Shown piece after piece: positions 41,349 through 51,622 of a stretch of 64,000 nt of DNA. The translations under genes and the position numbers were made by a program. Source of the DNA: Escherichia phage Ptacy1496. The stretch's first letter is position 1; each line of letters starts with the position of its first letter. The stretch lies in the sequence record PQ863253.1. One strand, 5' to 3'. The notes under the pieces are model-generated. The model saw nothing but the letters and a program-made list of their open reading frames with translations, was not told the origin of the DNA and ran no database searches.

Positions 41349-41561
41349 CTATTCCTTACTAAGAGCAGCATTCAGCTTGTTAGTAATTTTATCCAGACGC
41401 TTATTGAACTCACTAGAAGATAAGCCCTTTTCTGGAGAAATTAAACTAATAACGAAAAATACAACAATAAAAGGAATAAGGAAAATAGCTCCAACTGCCA
41501 TAAACAAAAAGAACGTTACAGTTGTAAGAAAATCAGCTAAACCTTTACGAAATTTATACAT
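41349..41561 (-). CDS. small membrane protein
   Basis: 70 aa with one hydrophobic segment. Confidence 0.4.
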   Translation of the reverse strand: MYKFRKGLADFLTTVTFFLFMAVGAIFLIPFIVVFFVISLISPEKGLSSSEFNKRLDKITNKLNAALSKE

Positions 41562-41676
41562 ATTTTACCCTTAATTGATTAACCAAGCATTGATAAGCAC
41601 TAAACTATATTGCGAATAAAATTCTGGACCAAAATGAAAAATCATATCATTTATAGTATCCATAATGTAATTCAAT

Positions 41677-42147
41677 TTAATCATGTGTCCACACCCCATC
41701 GGTATTTGACCAAAGTCGCTGATTATCTGATCCTCGCCACAGCTTTTTAGTCGGAAGATTTTTCTCATACTTCCCATCAATAATAACATCAACATATTTA
41801 AGCATTTCTAGTTGTTTAATATCTTCAAACTTATATCCTGTCCACAACCAAATGCTTTTACTGGGATAAAGATTTTTTACCGTTTGAACAATGCAATGAA
41901 TAACATCTCGGTTATCAGGATAGAGAGGGTCACCTCCGGTTATAGTCAATCCTTCTATATAATCATTATTCAAACATTCAATTAATTGCTCTAGTGTCTC
42001 TCCAGTGAATGGAATACCATTTCTAGCATTCCATGTTGATTTATTATAACACCCTTCGCATTTATGCAAACAACCTGTAACGAAAAGAACGACCCTGCAA
42101 CCAGGGCCATTCACAAAATCGCAAGGATAAAATCTATCATAATTCAT
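41677..42147 (-). CDS. nrdG: anaerobic ribonucleotide reductase activating protein NrdG (radical SAM)
   Basis: 156 aa; CxxxCxxC cluster motif GCLHKCEGC. Confidence 0.9.
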   Translation of the reverse strand: MNYDRFYPCDFVNGPGCRVVLFVTGCLHKCEGCYNKSTWNARNGIPFTGETLEQLIECLNNDYIEGLTITGGDPLYPDNRDVIHCIVQTVKNLYPSKSIWLWTGYKFEDIKQLEMLKYVDVIIDGKYEKNLPTKKLWRGSDNQRLWSNTDGVWTHD

Positions 42148-43961
42148 TGGTGTTTAACCCTATGCATGATTTCTTTATTTTTACCGAGATTAAATCCGCG
42201 TTCGTTCGGATTTCCCAAATAACCACATGTTCTTCTTATTGTGTTCATCTTTTTAGGATCAGTTTCTCCACAAATAGAACAAACAAATCCGTTTTCAGTA
42301 GGAGTCATTTCATGGGTACTTCCACATGTAAAACATTTATCCACTGGCATATTAACACCAAAATAATCTAAATGTTGTGCGGCATAATCCCATACAGCCT
42401 CAAGACCTTTTAAGTTATTTTTCATATCAGGAAGTTCAACATAAGAAATGTGACCACCTGTCGCAATGAAATGATATGGCGCTTCACGAGAAATCTTTTC
42501 AAACGGAGTAATATTTTCTTCTACTGAAACATGGAAACTGTTAGTGTACCATCCTTTATCGGTAACATCTTTTACACTTCCATATTTTTCTGTATCAAGT
42601 TTACAGAAGCGATAACAAAGGTTTTCAGCAGGAGTCGAATACAAACTAAAAGCAAACCCAGTTCTTTCAGCCCACTGTTTAAGACGAGCATTCATTTTAG
42701 TTAAAATTTCTTGTCCAATGTCACGACCGACAAGAATATTCAATTCATGAATACCAATGTATCCTAAAGACACTGAACTTCTACCGTTTTTAAATAACTC
42801 AATTATGTCGTCATCAGGTTTAAGACGAACCCCGAATGCACCTTCTTGGTAAAGAATAGGAGCAACAGTCGCTTTAACTCCTTTTAAGGAACTAATTCTA
42901 CACATCAAAGCTTCAAAACACAAATCCATTCGTTCATTGAACAATTCAACAAATTTCTGTTCATTGAATTGTGTTCCAATATAAGAATCTAACGCGATAC
43001 GAGGAAGATTCAGTGTTACAACACCGAGATTATTACGTCCATCAAGAATTTCATTGCCAGTCGAATCTTTCCATACGCCCAAGAAACTACGACAACCCAT
43101 TGGAGAAACAGGAATAGATGAGCCGGTGATAGCTTTATTGTTCTTAGCTGAAATAATATCAGGATACATTCTTTTGCTTGCGCACTCTAGAGCAAGCTGT
43201 TTAATATCATAGTTCGGATCGTCTTTATAAAGATTAACACCTTCTTCAACAAACATAACAAGCTTAGGGAAAATAGGAGTTATCCCATCACGACCAAGAC
43301 CTTTAATACGATTTTTCAGAATTGCTTTCTGAATCATTCGTTCAGTCCAGTCAGTTCCCGTACCAAATGTAATTGTTACAAAAGGCGTTTGTCCGTTTGA
43401 ACTAAAGAGAGTATTTACTTCATATTCATAAGCTTGGAATGCATCGTATACATCTTTTTCTGTTTTAGATTGAGCATAATTTAACGCATCAGCGATTTGC
43501 CATTTTTCTGCATCCTCAATATGTTTTGCATAGGTGCGTTTAACATAAGGAGAAAGTACTTTATCTACATTAGCAAAAGTCGTTCCGCCATATTGATGGG
43601 AAGCAACTTGCGCAGTAATTTGTGCCATAATTGCAGTAGCAACGCCAATTGATTTAGGAGTTTCAATCTGTGCATTACCAAGCTTAAATCCGTTCTCAAG
43701 CATTCCTTTTAAATCTACTAAACAGCAATTAGTAAATGGAAGAGCAGGGGAATAATCAATATCATGGAAATGAATAATTCCGCTTTCATGCGCTTTCATA
43801 ATAAAAGACGGGACCATATTTTTGGCAATGTGTTTAGACACAATACCAGCCATAAGGTCCCGTTGAGTTGGAAAAACACGAGAATCTTTATTAGCATTCT
43901 CGTTTAAAAGGTCTTTATTAGTTTTATGAATCAATCCTTCAATTTCTTTTTCAATTGTCAT
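42144..43961 (-). CDS. nrdD: anaerobic ribonucleoside-triphosphate reductase NrdD, uninterrupted
   Basis: 605 aa continuous ORF; C-terminal glycyl radical motif RRTCGYLG; no intron. Confidence 0.95.
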   Translation of the reverse strand: MTIEKEIEGLIHKTNKDLLNENANKDSRVFPTQRDLMAGIVSKHIAKNMVPSFIMKAHESGIIHFHDIDYSPALPFTNCCLVDLKGMLENGFKLGNAQIETPKSIGVATAIMAQITAQVASHQYGGTTFANVDKVLSPYVKRTYAKHIEDAEKWQIADALNYAQSKTEKDVYDAFQAYEYEVNTLFSSNGQTPFVTITFGTGTDWTERMIQKAILKNRIKGLGRDGITPIFPKLVMFVEEGVNLYKDDPNYDIKQLALECASKRMYPDIISAKNNKAITGSSIPVSPMGCRSFLGVWKDSTGNEILDGRNNLGVVTLNLPRIALDSYIGTQFNEQKFVELFNERMDLCFEALMCRISSLKGVKATVAPILYQEGAFGVRLKPDDDIIELFKNGRSSVSLGYIGIHELNILVGRDIGQEILTKMNARLKQWAERTGFAFSLYSTPAENLCYRFCKLDTEKYGSVKDVTDKGWYTNSFHVSVEENITPFEKISREAPYHFIATGGHISYVELPDMKNNLKGLEAVWDYAAQHLDYFGVNMPVDKCFTCGSTHEMTPTENGFVCSICGETDPKKMNTIRRTCGYLGNPNERGFNLGKNKEIMHRVKHQ

Positions 43962-44431
43962 TTTAAACTCTTTCTAAGCTGCTTCTTAAATGAAGCTATT
44001 AATTGTGTTTTAGTGTCAGATTCATTATATTCAAATCCTCTTTGAAGCATCTCAGCCATCATTTCCTCTTTTCCTAAACGAGAAAATTCCTTTGATTTAT
44101 CTCCAACAAAGTTAGGATGAATATTATTTTGGGTGTAATCGGATTTTAAATAAGTAAGTAAATTTTCTAACCATTCAAGATAATCAACACCTTGCCCCTT
44201 TAAGCCAGAACGATTAAATTTATGTTTCATTTGACCTTCTGCGGCATTGCAGAGATTACAAAGCAATCCACGCACCTTTCCTGCTTTTGGTCCATTTAAT
44301 TCATGGTCATGGTCGAGGTGATTAGCTTGAACGTCAGGATTTAGTTCTCGTTGGCAAATTAAGCATTTACCGTTTTGTGCATCATAAAATTTCTGTTTTT
44401 CTTCTTTATATAATTTGCCAGTCAATAACAT
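43958..44431 (-). CDS. 49: endonuclease VII (Holliday junction resolvase) gp49
   Basis: 157 aa; sequence matches recalled T4 endo VII. Confidence 0.95.
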   Translation of the reverse strand: MLLTGKLYKEEKQKFYDAQNGKCLICQRELNPDVQANHLDHDHELNGPKAGKVRGLLCNLCNAAEGQMKHKFNRSGLKGQGVDYLEWLENLLTYLKSDYTQNNIHPNFVGDKSKEFSRLGKEEMMAEMLQRGFEYNESDTKTQLIASFKKQLRKSLK

Positions 44432-44473
44432 AATAAAACCCTTACCTTAAATAGATAAGGGTATTTATTATTT

Positions 44474-44959
44474 TCAGGTATTGTAAAACATTTGATTCAA
44501 TCGCTTATATTGCCGAATCTTTTGGTCAGAAAAAGAAATTTGGGTTTCAAGCCATTCAATATATTCTGCCGCAGCTTGCATCAAATTTCCTTCATAGCCA
44601 TCGTTATTTTCTTGTGCAGCTAATTTAGCTAATGCGTATGAAATACGTTCACCTTGAAAATCAGCTTTAGGCTTCTGAACAACTTGATTAGTTCTATCTA
44701 CAACTTCTTCAATTTCGCCATTTTCTACTGATTCAGTATTCCACAAGCACCAATACGTAATTGGCTTATCGTAGATGTTAATAATCTTTCCATCAGAAAG
44801 TTCAATTTCAATAATTCCAGTATCAGGCTCTATATCATCTTCACATTCTTTTGCAAGTTCACGAACTTTAAAGACAGTGCCTGCACTAAGTTCCGGCCAG
44901 TAATTACACAGCCCTGTATCAGCACGATTAATTCTAAACCACTTATCTACTGTAATCAT
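44474..44959 (-). CDS. hypothetical protein (pin region)
   Basis: ORF track 44474..44977 uses non-ATG start; downstream ATG MITVDKWF gives about 161 aa. Confidence 0.45.
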   Translation of the reverse strand: MITVDKWFRINRADTGLCNYWPELSAGTVFKVRELAKECEDDIEPDTGIIEIELSDGKIINIYDKPITYWCLWNTESVENGEIEEVVDRTNQVVQKPKADFQGERISYALAKLAAQENNDGYEGNLMQAAAEYIEWLETQISFSDQKIRQYKRLNQMFYNT

Positions 44960-45082
44960 GTCCCATCTCCATATCAATTAAGTCATTTATCGTTGGTTCA
45001 TTATATATTGTTTCTTCATCAGTGTAAACCGGTTCTTCCGGCTCTGGCTCTACAGTTTCCCATCTAGCCGCCCACCAAGGTT

Positions 45083-45403
45083 TTATAGCGTAATCCATTC
45101 TCGTACTGTCTGAGTTACTACACGTTCATGGGGCTCGACTAGTTCAACAGTCGGAACTGCATAATACCAGTCAGAATGATAAGAACCTGACCGAGATTCA
45201 TTTACCGCTACATGTACATTATGTTTTGGACTAAAATAAACACACTGACGATATTGACATTTGCCGTCTTGTACCCAGTCTTCTATTTCGACAGGTTTAA
45301 GATAATCGGAAAAATCGAAATCATAGTTTTCTGAAAATGCATCATGGTCTTCAATGATTTCGCTCAGAACTGCATCAACATCTAATTTATTTTCAATAGT
45401 CAT
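45083..45403 (-). CDS. hypothetical protein
   Basis: 106 aa ORF. Confidence 0.45.
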   Translation of the reverse strand: MTIENKLDVDAVLSEIIEDHDAFSENYDFDFSDYLKPVEIEDWVQDGKCQYRQCVYFSPKHNVHVAVNESRSGSYHSDWYYAVPTVELVEPHERVVTQTVREWITL

Positions 45404-45586
45404 TTTTCACCAATTAATTTCGCAATTTATTAAGTTCTTCATCATCAATCCAGGATTCTAGTCCTGATGGCAGGGCACATTCAATTTCCCAAAGAAGTTC
45501 TTCAATTTTATGAAGACGATCTAGTTCTTCAGCAGGAATAGTAACCATTGACGGAGCTCGTGATACATTAATATCGTAAATCATAT

Positions 45587-45802
45587 TTACCCCAATTTAA
45601 CCATACAATCGCCGTATTTCCACTTAGAAATAGACTTTTCACCATTAGAATAATAAACTTCGAGTTTAGCACGATTATTTTTAATTTGAATAACCTTGGC
45701 TGTCATCAAAGTTCCATACCCATAATAAACTGCAACTTCATCACCTACATATACCGCGCTTCCGCGGTAATCGTGAATATAGTCAGTTCCTTCGAGCATC
45801 AT
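45587..45802 (-). CDS. hypothetical protein
   Basis: 71 aa ORF. Confidence 0.4.
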   Translation of the reverse strand: MMLEGTDYIHDYRGSAVYVGDEVAVYYGYGTLMTAKVIQIKNNRAKLEVYYSNGEKSISKWKYGDCMVKLG

Positions 45803-46062
45803 TTAAAATATTCTCGCAGTTGGTCAAATCCACCAATATGACTTTCATCAGGAGCAAATACTTGAGGCATCGTCAAGCCGATTTGAGTATCACGACCTAG
45901 TTTAGTCAGAAGCTCAGCAATTTTCTCATCATCAAAAACACCTTTTTCCGGCATAATGTTGATAAATTCAAACGGCTGTTTCTTCACGGTCAAAAGACGT
46001 TTTGCATTATCGCAATACACACATTTATGAATGTTGCTATCATAACCATATACTTTAAACAT
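45799..46062 (-). CDS. nrdC: thioredoxin/glutaredoxin NrdC
   Basis: 87 aa; CVYC active site; matches recalled T4 NrdC. Confidence 0.9.
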   Translation of the reverse strand: MFKVYGYDSNIHKCVYCDNAKRLLTVKKQPFEFINIMPEKGVFDDEKIAELLTKLGRDTQIGLTMPQVFAPDESHIGGFDQLREYFK

Positions 46063-46063
46063 A

Positions 46064-46306
46064 TTATTCCTTAATTCCTAGTACTTGTTTAAAAGTCTCG
46101 TCGTAATCAAGACTTTGGCCCGTTTGTTCTTTATGTTTGTATATAATATCACTTACTTCTGATAGCATATTTTTATATGAACGAGTTAAAGCAGATTTAA
46201 GCACGCTGTATCTATCAGGAAATTTACCATGTTCATTATAATAAGCTATTGCTAATTCACGGACTGCCTTTTCAGCAGCCTCCATATATTCTTTACGCTT
46301 GGTCAT
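46064..46306 (-). CDS. hypothetical protein
   Basis: ORF track 46064..46465; start moved to [14 protein letters not shown]... (80 aa). Confidence 0.4.
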   Translation of the reverse strand: MTKRKEYMEAAEKAVRELAIAYYNEHGKFPDRYSVLKSALTRSYKNMLSEVSDIIYKHKEQTGQSLDYDETFKQVLGIKE

Positions 46307-46610
46307 TTTCTTCTCGGTCAAATCGGTGTTTACAATGGCGACATTTATAACGAAGATTACTAGTCTGCCAATGGACCAATTGCACCTGTTCAGTACCGCA
46401 TTCAGGGCAATTAGGAACGTTTTTAGAAGCTCTTTCACGTCGTTCAACCATAGCCATAATAGCATCCCATGCTGGAGGTTTAAAATCTAAATCGTCGCAG
46501 CCGTGAATCTTTCCACGCATTTCCATATCATCTTCCTCACCAGCCATAATAATTTTAATTAAACTGGAATTACTTGAAGCTGCAATGTCTTCTAATAAAC
46601 GCTTTTTCAT
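46293..46610 (-). CDS. zinc-ribbon protein
   Basis: 105 aa; CPECG...CRHC four-Cys motif. Confidence 0.45.
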   Translation of the reverse strand: MKKRLLEDIAASSNSSLIKIIMAGEEDDMEMRGKIHGCDDLDFKPPAWDAIMAMVERRERASKNVPNCPECGTEQVQLVHWQTSNLRYKCRHCKHRFDREENDQA

Positions 46611-47536
46611 TTCAATACCTCAATAGCATTACGTAAACCATTTGCTTTTGCATTAAGAGCTTTTAACAATTTGGTGTGTTCTGCAATTTGGGCTTCAACT
46701 TCAATCAAACGGGCATTGAGATATTCACGTTCTTCACTCAGATTATCAACCTTTTCTACTTTAGGCTCTTTTACAACTGTCTTATATGTATTAGGGTTCT
46801 TCAGTTTAATTAGAATGCGTGAACTGTATAACATTGAACCATTATCTTCGGTTTCGTCATACATTTCCACTACGTCCATGATTTTTAACATCATGCGGAG
46901 TTTATAAGACAACGAACGAATAGTTTTGTTGTGCTTATTAATTTCTTTAGCTGTCATGGTGCCAAGATTACGTGAGTAATAATAAGGAACCTGGATATTA
47001 ATTAATACTGATGAACCACCTGGCTTGTGTGTTACTTCATCAGCAATAACCCAGTCCTTAACATGAACTGTATTTGTACGGTCATCGCCCGCGGTAAATA
47101 GTTTACGAGCATGCTTAAAAAGCATATTCACTTGGTCATTGAATTGACAAGCGAACTTATCAGCAAATTTAGTTTCAGGAATGGTAGATAACCAATCAGC
47201 CAAATGGGTCTTTTTAACATCGTTAACAATAGTAAATTCAACCAAATCGGTTATAGATGTCGCAGATTTAATGAAGCTCGGCTTCATAAAGTTTTCAATG
47301 TTATCACGAGCTACAGTAGAAGATAACATACGAGAACGTTTAAACCATTCAAGCAAATTGCCTACCGAATAAGAATAAGCGTTTTGAGTATCTTTACAGA
47401 TATGATTTTCCTGGCCAACATATTGAAGAAAATCACGAAGAATATTATTGATTACTGCTCTGTGTCCGATTTGATAATTACGGTGTTTAGTAATAAGACT
47501 GTCAAAATAATCAATATAATGCTTACGAGTTTTCAT
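46607..47536 (-). CDS. hypothetical protein with C-terminal coiled coil (array member A)
   Basis: 309 aa; last about 45 aa heptad-like ([42 protein letters not shown]). Confidence 0.5.
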   Translation of the reverse strand: MKTRKHYIDYFDSLITKHRNYQIGHRAVINNILRDFLQYVGQENHICKDTQNAYSYSVGNLLEWFKRSRMLSSTVARDNIENFMKPSFIKSATSITDLVEFTIVNDVKKTHLADWLSTIPETKFADKFACQFNDQVNMLFKHARKLFTAGDDRTNTVHVKDWVIADEVTHKPGGSSVLINIQVPYYYSRNLGTMTAKEINKHNKTIRSLSYKLRMMLKIMDVVEMYDETEDNGSMLYSSRILIKLKNPNTYKTVVKEPKVEKVDNLSEEREYLNARLIEVEAQIAEHTKLLKALNAKANGLRNAIEVLK

Positions 47537-47588
47537 GTTCTTCTCACTTGGTTAATGATTTATACTCCGAGCCATCCTTGGCTTTAAA

Positions 47589-48590
47589 TTACTTAATTAA
47601 CTGTAAAGCTTGTTCAAGACGATCCAAGCGATTGACAGATTCTTCCCAAATCTTTTTAGCCTGCTCATATTCTTTCTGCGCTTTATTAGAAATTTCTAGA
47701 ACTTCTTTATAAGCTTTTTCTAGTGCAATAACTTCTGGACGAATTTCTGCCGGTTCAGGCGAATCATCAAGATTATCCATTAGTTCCTCAAGGGTAGTTT
47801 CTTCTTTAGGAGTATTCACAATTTCCTCACATTTTTGTTGATAAATTTCTTTATCAGTAGGTGAATAAGCACATTTCACTTCACGAAGACTAATTACAAT
47901 TTTATATCCTTCCCATCCGCATATATTCTTAAAAGGATATGTATGAATATTTTCTACTGTTTCCATACAAAGTAATGCAGTCTCTAACTGACGAGTTATA
48001 GTGCTAGCAATTGAGAAAAATTTATTAATATTCTTTTGGTTAGTTTCTGGTGTAAAAAATCCATAATTCACAAAAATAGCTACTTTATTTTTATCAAGCT
48101 CATATTCTTTTACGATAATCATATCAGAAGCCAAAGGATGAATTTGACGATAATCGCCATAACATAATTTAGAAGCTGATTTTAGAATTTGTCCTTTGAA
48201 AAGTCTGAAATTACTAATCCAACGACGAGTAAAAATATTCTCAGGGTCTTCTTTATTATTAAGATGATAAGAATTAACATCACCGAACCAATTATATCCT
48301 ACTACATCTTTAGTTCGTTTAATTTCTTTCCCAAAATTACCAAGCATATCCCGATTAACCAAATATGAAAGAAGACGAGACTCTTTAAAGGTTTTCTTGA
48401 TAACATCTTTATCTACACGGCTAGAAATTTTACGAATTTCATGAATAAATTTAGTAGAAGAAACAATACTTGCATCAACACTATTGAGCCATTGATTGAT
48501 AATAGAAAGAACGATATTTTGACCAAACATCGGTATAGCTTTATCATCAATAACGCTATTGAATGATTTGATATATTCGTTACGAGTCAT
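47589..48590 (-). CDS. hypothetical protein with C-terminal coiled coil (array member B)
   Basis: ORF track 47589..48641; start moved to MTRNEYIK with GGAG Shine-Dalgarno downstream of early promoter; 333 aa. Confidence 0.5.
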   Translation of the reverse strand: MTRNEYIKSFNSVIDDKAIPMFGQNIVLSIINQWLNSVDASIVSSTKFIHEIRKISSRVDKDVIKKTFKESRLLSYLVNRDMLGNFGKEIKRTKDVVGYNWFGDVNSYHLNNKEDPENIFTRRWISNFRLFKGQILKSASKLCYGDYRQIHPLASDMIIVKEYELDKNKVAIFVNYGFFTPETNQKNINKFFSIASTITRQLETALLCMETVENIHTYPFKNICGWEGYKIVISLREVKCAYSPTDKEIYQQKCEEIVNTPKEETTLEELMDNLDDSPEPAEIRPEVIALEKAYKEVLEISNKAQKEYEQAKKIWEESVNRLDRLEQALQLIK

Positions 48591-48618
48591 ATTAATCTCC
48601 TCAGTAGAAAGTAAGAAC

Positions 48619-48648
48619 ATTATACCACATCCTTGTGGCAAAGTAAAC
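48619..48648 (-). promoter_or_regulatory. phage early promoter
   Basis: plus strand ATTATA-18nt-GTAAAC; nearly identical core to promoter at 2418..2447. Confidence 0.7.
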
Positions 48649-49667
48649 TAGTTCAGTGCATTTAGTGCATTGTTCAGTTTAGAACGTTGCTTTGTCAGAT
48701 TTTGAACCCTTGACTGAGCTTGTTCTAACGCCTTTTCAGCTTCTAGCACTTCATTGGTCGCTTTAACGAGTTCATCATCTACTGCCTTAAGAGACTTCTC
48801 AATCGCGTCAGCGTGCCATTTTTCTACAGGTTTAAAATTTGAATTTTCAGTAGGAAGAAAACTCACTTTATTAAGTTTACATGCATCTATATTGCTTGAG
48901 CTATACATCCAAAATTTAGGATCGTTTGATAAGTAATTGGATAAATTTAAGTTATCTTGCACTTCCTGCTTTTTCTCTTGCGGGACTTCGTCCTTTCTCA
49001 AAAAATCGTATTTAAATGAAACGATCATATCAAGTTCATATGATGTTGTATCTAACTTAAATCGTTCAAAACGAGGTAAAATCTTAGATTGAACAGCAGC
49101 AACAACATCCATATACTTAAATGCTTCTGTCAACTGCGATTTAAGGCATTCACAAATTGAAAGAGAATTTTTTGTATTAGGTTTAAAGCTAATTCGTGCA
49201 GTTCTATTATTTTCTTTTAATGGTCTTACTTCCATCTGAAGAGTATAACCATCAAATTTCAGGTTCTTTAAGTTAATGTCAGAACCTTTTAATCGACTAG
49301 CCGTCGACAAAATTTGCTTTAATTGTTTACGGAATAGAGCAATAAATCTCCATTCAATACGATAATGATTTGGATTAAAAAATCCAGATGATAAATCGAC
49401 CTTACTCTGACCAACGCCTTGAACAAATAGAGGATTTTTATAATCAATAGTTTTACAGAAATCGGTGAGCTGCTCACGAGCCGTCATTTGTGTAATATAC
49501 CCCGCTTTACTAAAATGACGTAACCATTCACTGCTATTCATATATTTAAAGTGAATATCACGATTAACTTTATCAGGGTCTAAATTATTTTGGCACAAAA
49601 ATGTCATAACATCACGAGTATAGCTGGCATTACGAACCATATCTTCAATTTGAGAACGAGTTTTCAT
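48648..49667 (-). CDS. hypothetical protein with C-terminal coiled coil (array member C)
   Basis: 339 aa; C-terminal heptad-like 50 aa. Confidence 0.5.
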   Translation of the reverse strand: MKTRSQIEDMVRNASYTRDVMTFLCQNNLDPDKVNRDIHFKYMNSSEWLRHFSKAGYITQMTAREQLTDFCKTIDYKNPLFVQGVGQSKVDLSSGFFNPNHYRIEWRFIALFRKQLKQILSTASRLKGSDINLKNLKFDGYTLQMEVRPLKENNRTARISFKPNTKNSLSICECLKSQLTEAFKYMDVVAAVQSKILPRFERFKLDTTSYELDMIVSFKYDFLRKDEVPQEKKQEVQDNLNLSNYLSNDPKFWMYSSSNIDACKLNKVSFLPTENSNFKPVEKWHADAIEKSLKAVDDELVKATNEVLEAEKALEQAQSRVQNLTKQRSKLNNALNALN

Positions 49668-49675
49668 GGTGTTCC

Positions 49676-50584
49676 TTAAGATTTAAGTAAATCAACAATT
49701 TTAATTAATTTTTCACGCTCAGATTTAGCTTTACTACTCAATCCAGATAGTCTGAAAATTTCATCGTCATACTGTTGAATAGAAATATTCAACTCTTCAA
49801 TTTGCTTATTAAAATAATCAATTTGTTCAGAATGTTTTTCGTTACTACGAACTGGTACAGGTTTTGTAGGTAATTTAGATGAACTGGATTCATCCGGGCG
49901 ATAAATTAAAATACAACTTGAACCAATCGGGCATTTTGCACCAGACGAATATTCTAATGTTCCGGCTTCTTTTAAAACTTCAAAAGCTAAACAGAGATGA
50001 TGTCCCATATTAACATAATCTGTAGAGCGAGATCTGATGTAATAATCATCTCCGCGAATACTAAATTTAAAGCATTTAAGGTCTTCTGTATTATTGGTCT
50101 TAAAAATCATTTGTTTATCTAGACCTTTAGCTAATCGAGCGCCTAATGCTAATAATCGTCGTTGATTTTCCCACAAATCCGCAATCATTTGGTCAAATGA
50201 TAATTTCGGCATTAGTCGACCATAAAGGTCGTATCCTTTATTATAATTGCGAAGGATTTCACTCGCATTAATACGAGACAACGCTCCAATTTTATTAAGG
50301 GCTTTCATAATGCGATTAGATAAACCCATTCCAGACCCGTTTGTTCGTTGTAAATGTTTATCTAATCCAAACCCAATATCAACTTTAAATTTATCTAAAA
50401 TTTCAGCATGAACATCTCTGTCAATAACATTCAAATCCAAAGTTGGGTTAAATCTATGAAAAAATTTATCTGGCTCTCCACGACGAAGTACAGTCCATTC
50501 ATTCAATTTTTTATTAACTAAAGATTTAATTACTGCATTGACATTATTAATTACTACTGACATATTTTCCTCACTCAATTTCAA
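49676..50584 (-). CDS. hypothetical protein with C-terminal coiled coil (array member D)
   Basis: 302 aa; C-terminal heptad-like region. Confidence 0.5.
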   Translation of the reverse strand: MKLSEENMSVVINNVNAVIKSLVNKKLNEWTVLRRGEPDKFFHRFNPTLDLNVIDRDVHAEILDKFKVDIGFGLDKHLQRTNGSGMGLSNRIMKALNKIGALSRINASEILRNYNKGYDLYGRLMPKLSFDQMIADLWENQRRLLALGARLAKGLDKQMIFKTNNTEDLKCFKFSIRGDDYYIRSRSTDYVNMGHHLCLAFEVLKEAGTLEYSSGAKCPIGSSCILIYRPDESSSSKLPTKPVPVRSNEKHSEQIDYFNKQIEELNISIQQYDDEIFRLSGLSSKAKSEREKLIKIVDLLKS

Positions 50585-50810
50585 TTTTACTAAATATACA
50601 GAATAAGATAGAACAGACTATATAAGCACCACACACAGATTGAACTAATACCATTCCAAAGAACCAAACAATATTATCAAACAATGTCTGTTTTACGTCG
50701 AAAGGACGTAAACTTACAGTAATATTATCGCCTTTTTCTATTGATGAATACATCTCTGGTGAAATATATTCCGCTAAATCTATAACCGTCTTTGAGTTCA
50801 TATACGGCAA
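50571..50810 (-). CDS. small protein with C-terminal hydrophobic segment (overlaps previous ORF in another frame)
   Basis: 79 aa ORF with non-ATG track start; overlaps 50725..50979 by 86 nt. Confidence 0.3.
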   Translation of the reverse strand: MPYMNSKTVIDLAEYISPEMYSSIEKGDNITVSLRPFDVKQTLFDNIVWFFGMVLVQSVCGAYIVCSILFCIFSKIEIE

Positions 50811-50979
50811 TAAACGATAAACTAGACCCCTTTCCTTGAGTTCCTGTAAGGGTATTAACTACAGTAACATCATAATCTTTATAATGCATATAATCATTAA
50901 TAGCATAATAACCATATGCAACTACTACACATAAACAGCATATCAATAAATTCAATCTTTTAATTATCAACTGTTTCAT
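50725..50979 (-). CDS. small membrane-anchored protein
   Basis: 84 aa; N-terminal hydrophobic segment LNLLICCLCVVVAYGYYAI. Confidence 0.4.
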   Translation of the reverse strand: MKQLIIKRLNLLICCLCVVVAYGYYAINDYMHYKDYDVTVVNTLTGTQGKGSSLSFIAVYELKDGYRFSGIYFTRDVFINRKRR

Positions 50980-51034
50980 AATAATCTCAATTAAAAGGGC
51001 TTAGAACCATTATACCATCCTTGGTATAAAGCGG

Positions 51035-51562
51035 TTATGCGAGTACCGTCTTTAACCGTTCTTCAAACTTCCGAAGAGTATTCTGGCGTTCAGCTCTTTG
51101 CTTTTTGTAAGTTTCAATACGCTCTGAAATGAGAGTGTATCGTTCATTTACTGATTCTTTCATAAAATCAGGAATTTCACGAGAAGCTTTAATCTCGTCA
51201 AATTTATCAATAACAGCTTGCTCTTCAGCAATTAAGTTATCATACATCAAAATATCTTTCTTGATGAACTCAATATCTTCTTGAGTTACACGAGATAATT
51301 TAGATGCTTTATCCTTTTTGTACTGTTCGTTAGTATCACGAGACCAGTGTAATGTACGATTTTTATTCGTATTCTTATAAATTTCTACAATACCAATCTC
51401 ATCAATAATAACGATCCAATTCCAACGGGATTTGTAAATTTGTCCTCCATCAACCGTGATTTCACCTCCGATTGAGATGTCATTAAAGAACTTGCTTTGT
51501 GCTTCAGATTTAAATTTACCATCGTTGTAATTTACCAGGTTGAAAATATCTTTAGCGTTCAT
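51035..51562 (-). CDS. hypothetical protein with C-terminal coiled coil
   Basis: ORF track 51035..51622; start moved to MNAKDIFNLV... with GGAGG Shine-Dalgarno; 175 aa. Confidence 0.5.
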   Translation of the reverse strand: MNAKDIFNLVNYNDGKFKSEAQSKFFNDISIGGEITVDGGQIYKSRWNWIVIIDEIGIVEIYKNTNKNRTLHWSRDTNEQYKKDKASKLSRVTQEDIEFIKKDILMYDNLIAEEQAVIDKFDEIKASREIPDFMKESVNERYTLISERIETYKKQRAERQNTLRKFEERLKTVLA

Positions 51563-51622
51563 TTTGTGTTCCTCCGTAGTTGATAGTTGTATAGTACCAC
51601 AGAGGAACGGTCTTGTAAACAA
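51560..51622. repeat. 65-bp promoter/5'UTR cassette, copy 2
   Basis: near-identical to 26613..26677. Confidence 0.85.
51591..51620 (-). promoter_or_regulatory. phage early promoter (TACTAT -10)
   Basis: plus strand ATAGTA-18nt-GTAAAC. Confidence 0.6.

Noticed and set aside
42144-43961. Group I intron in nrdD
   Set aside because: nrdD is a single uninterrupted 605-aa ORF with no intervening non-coding block.
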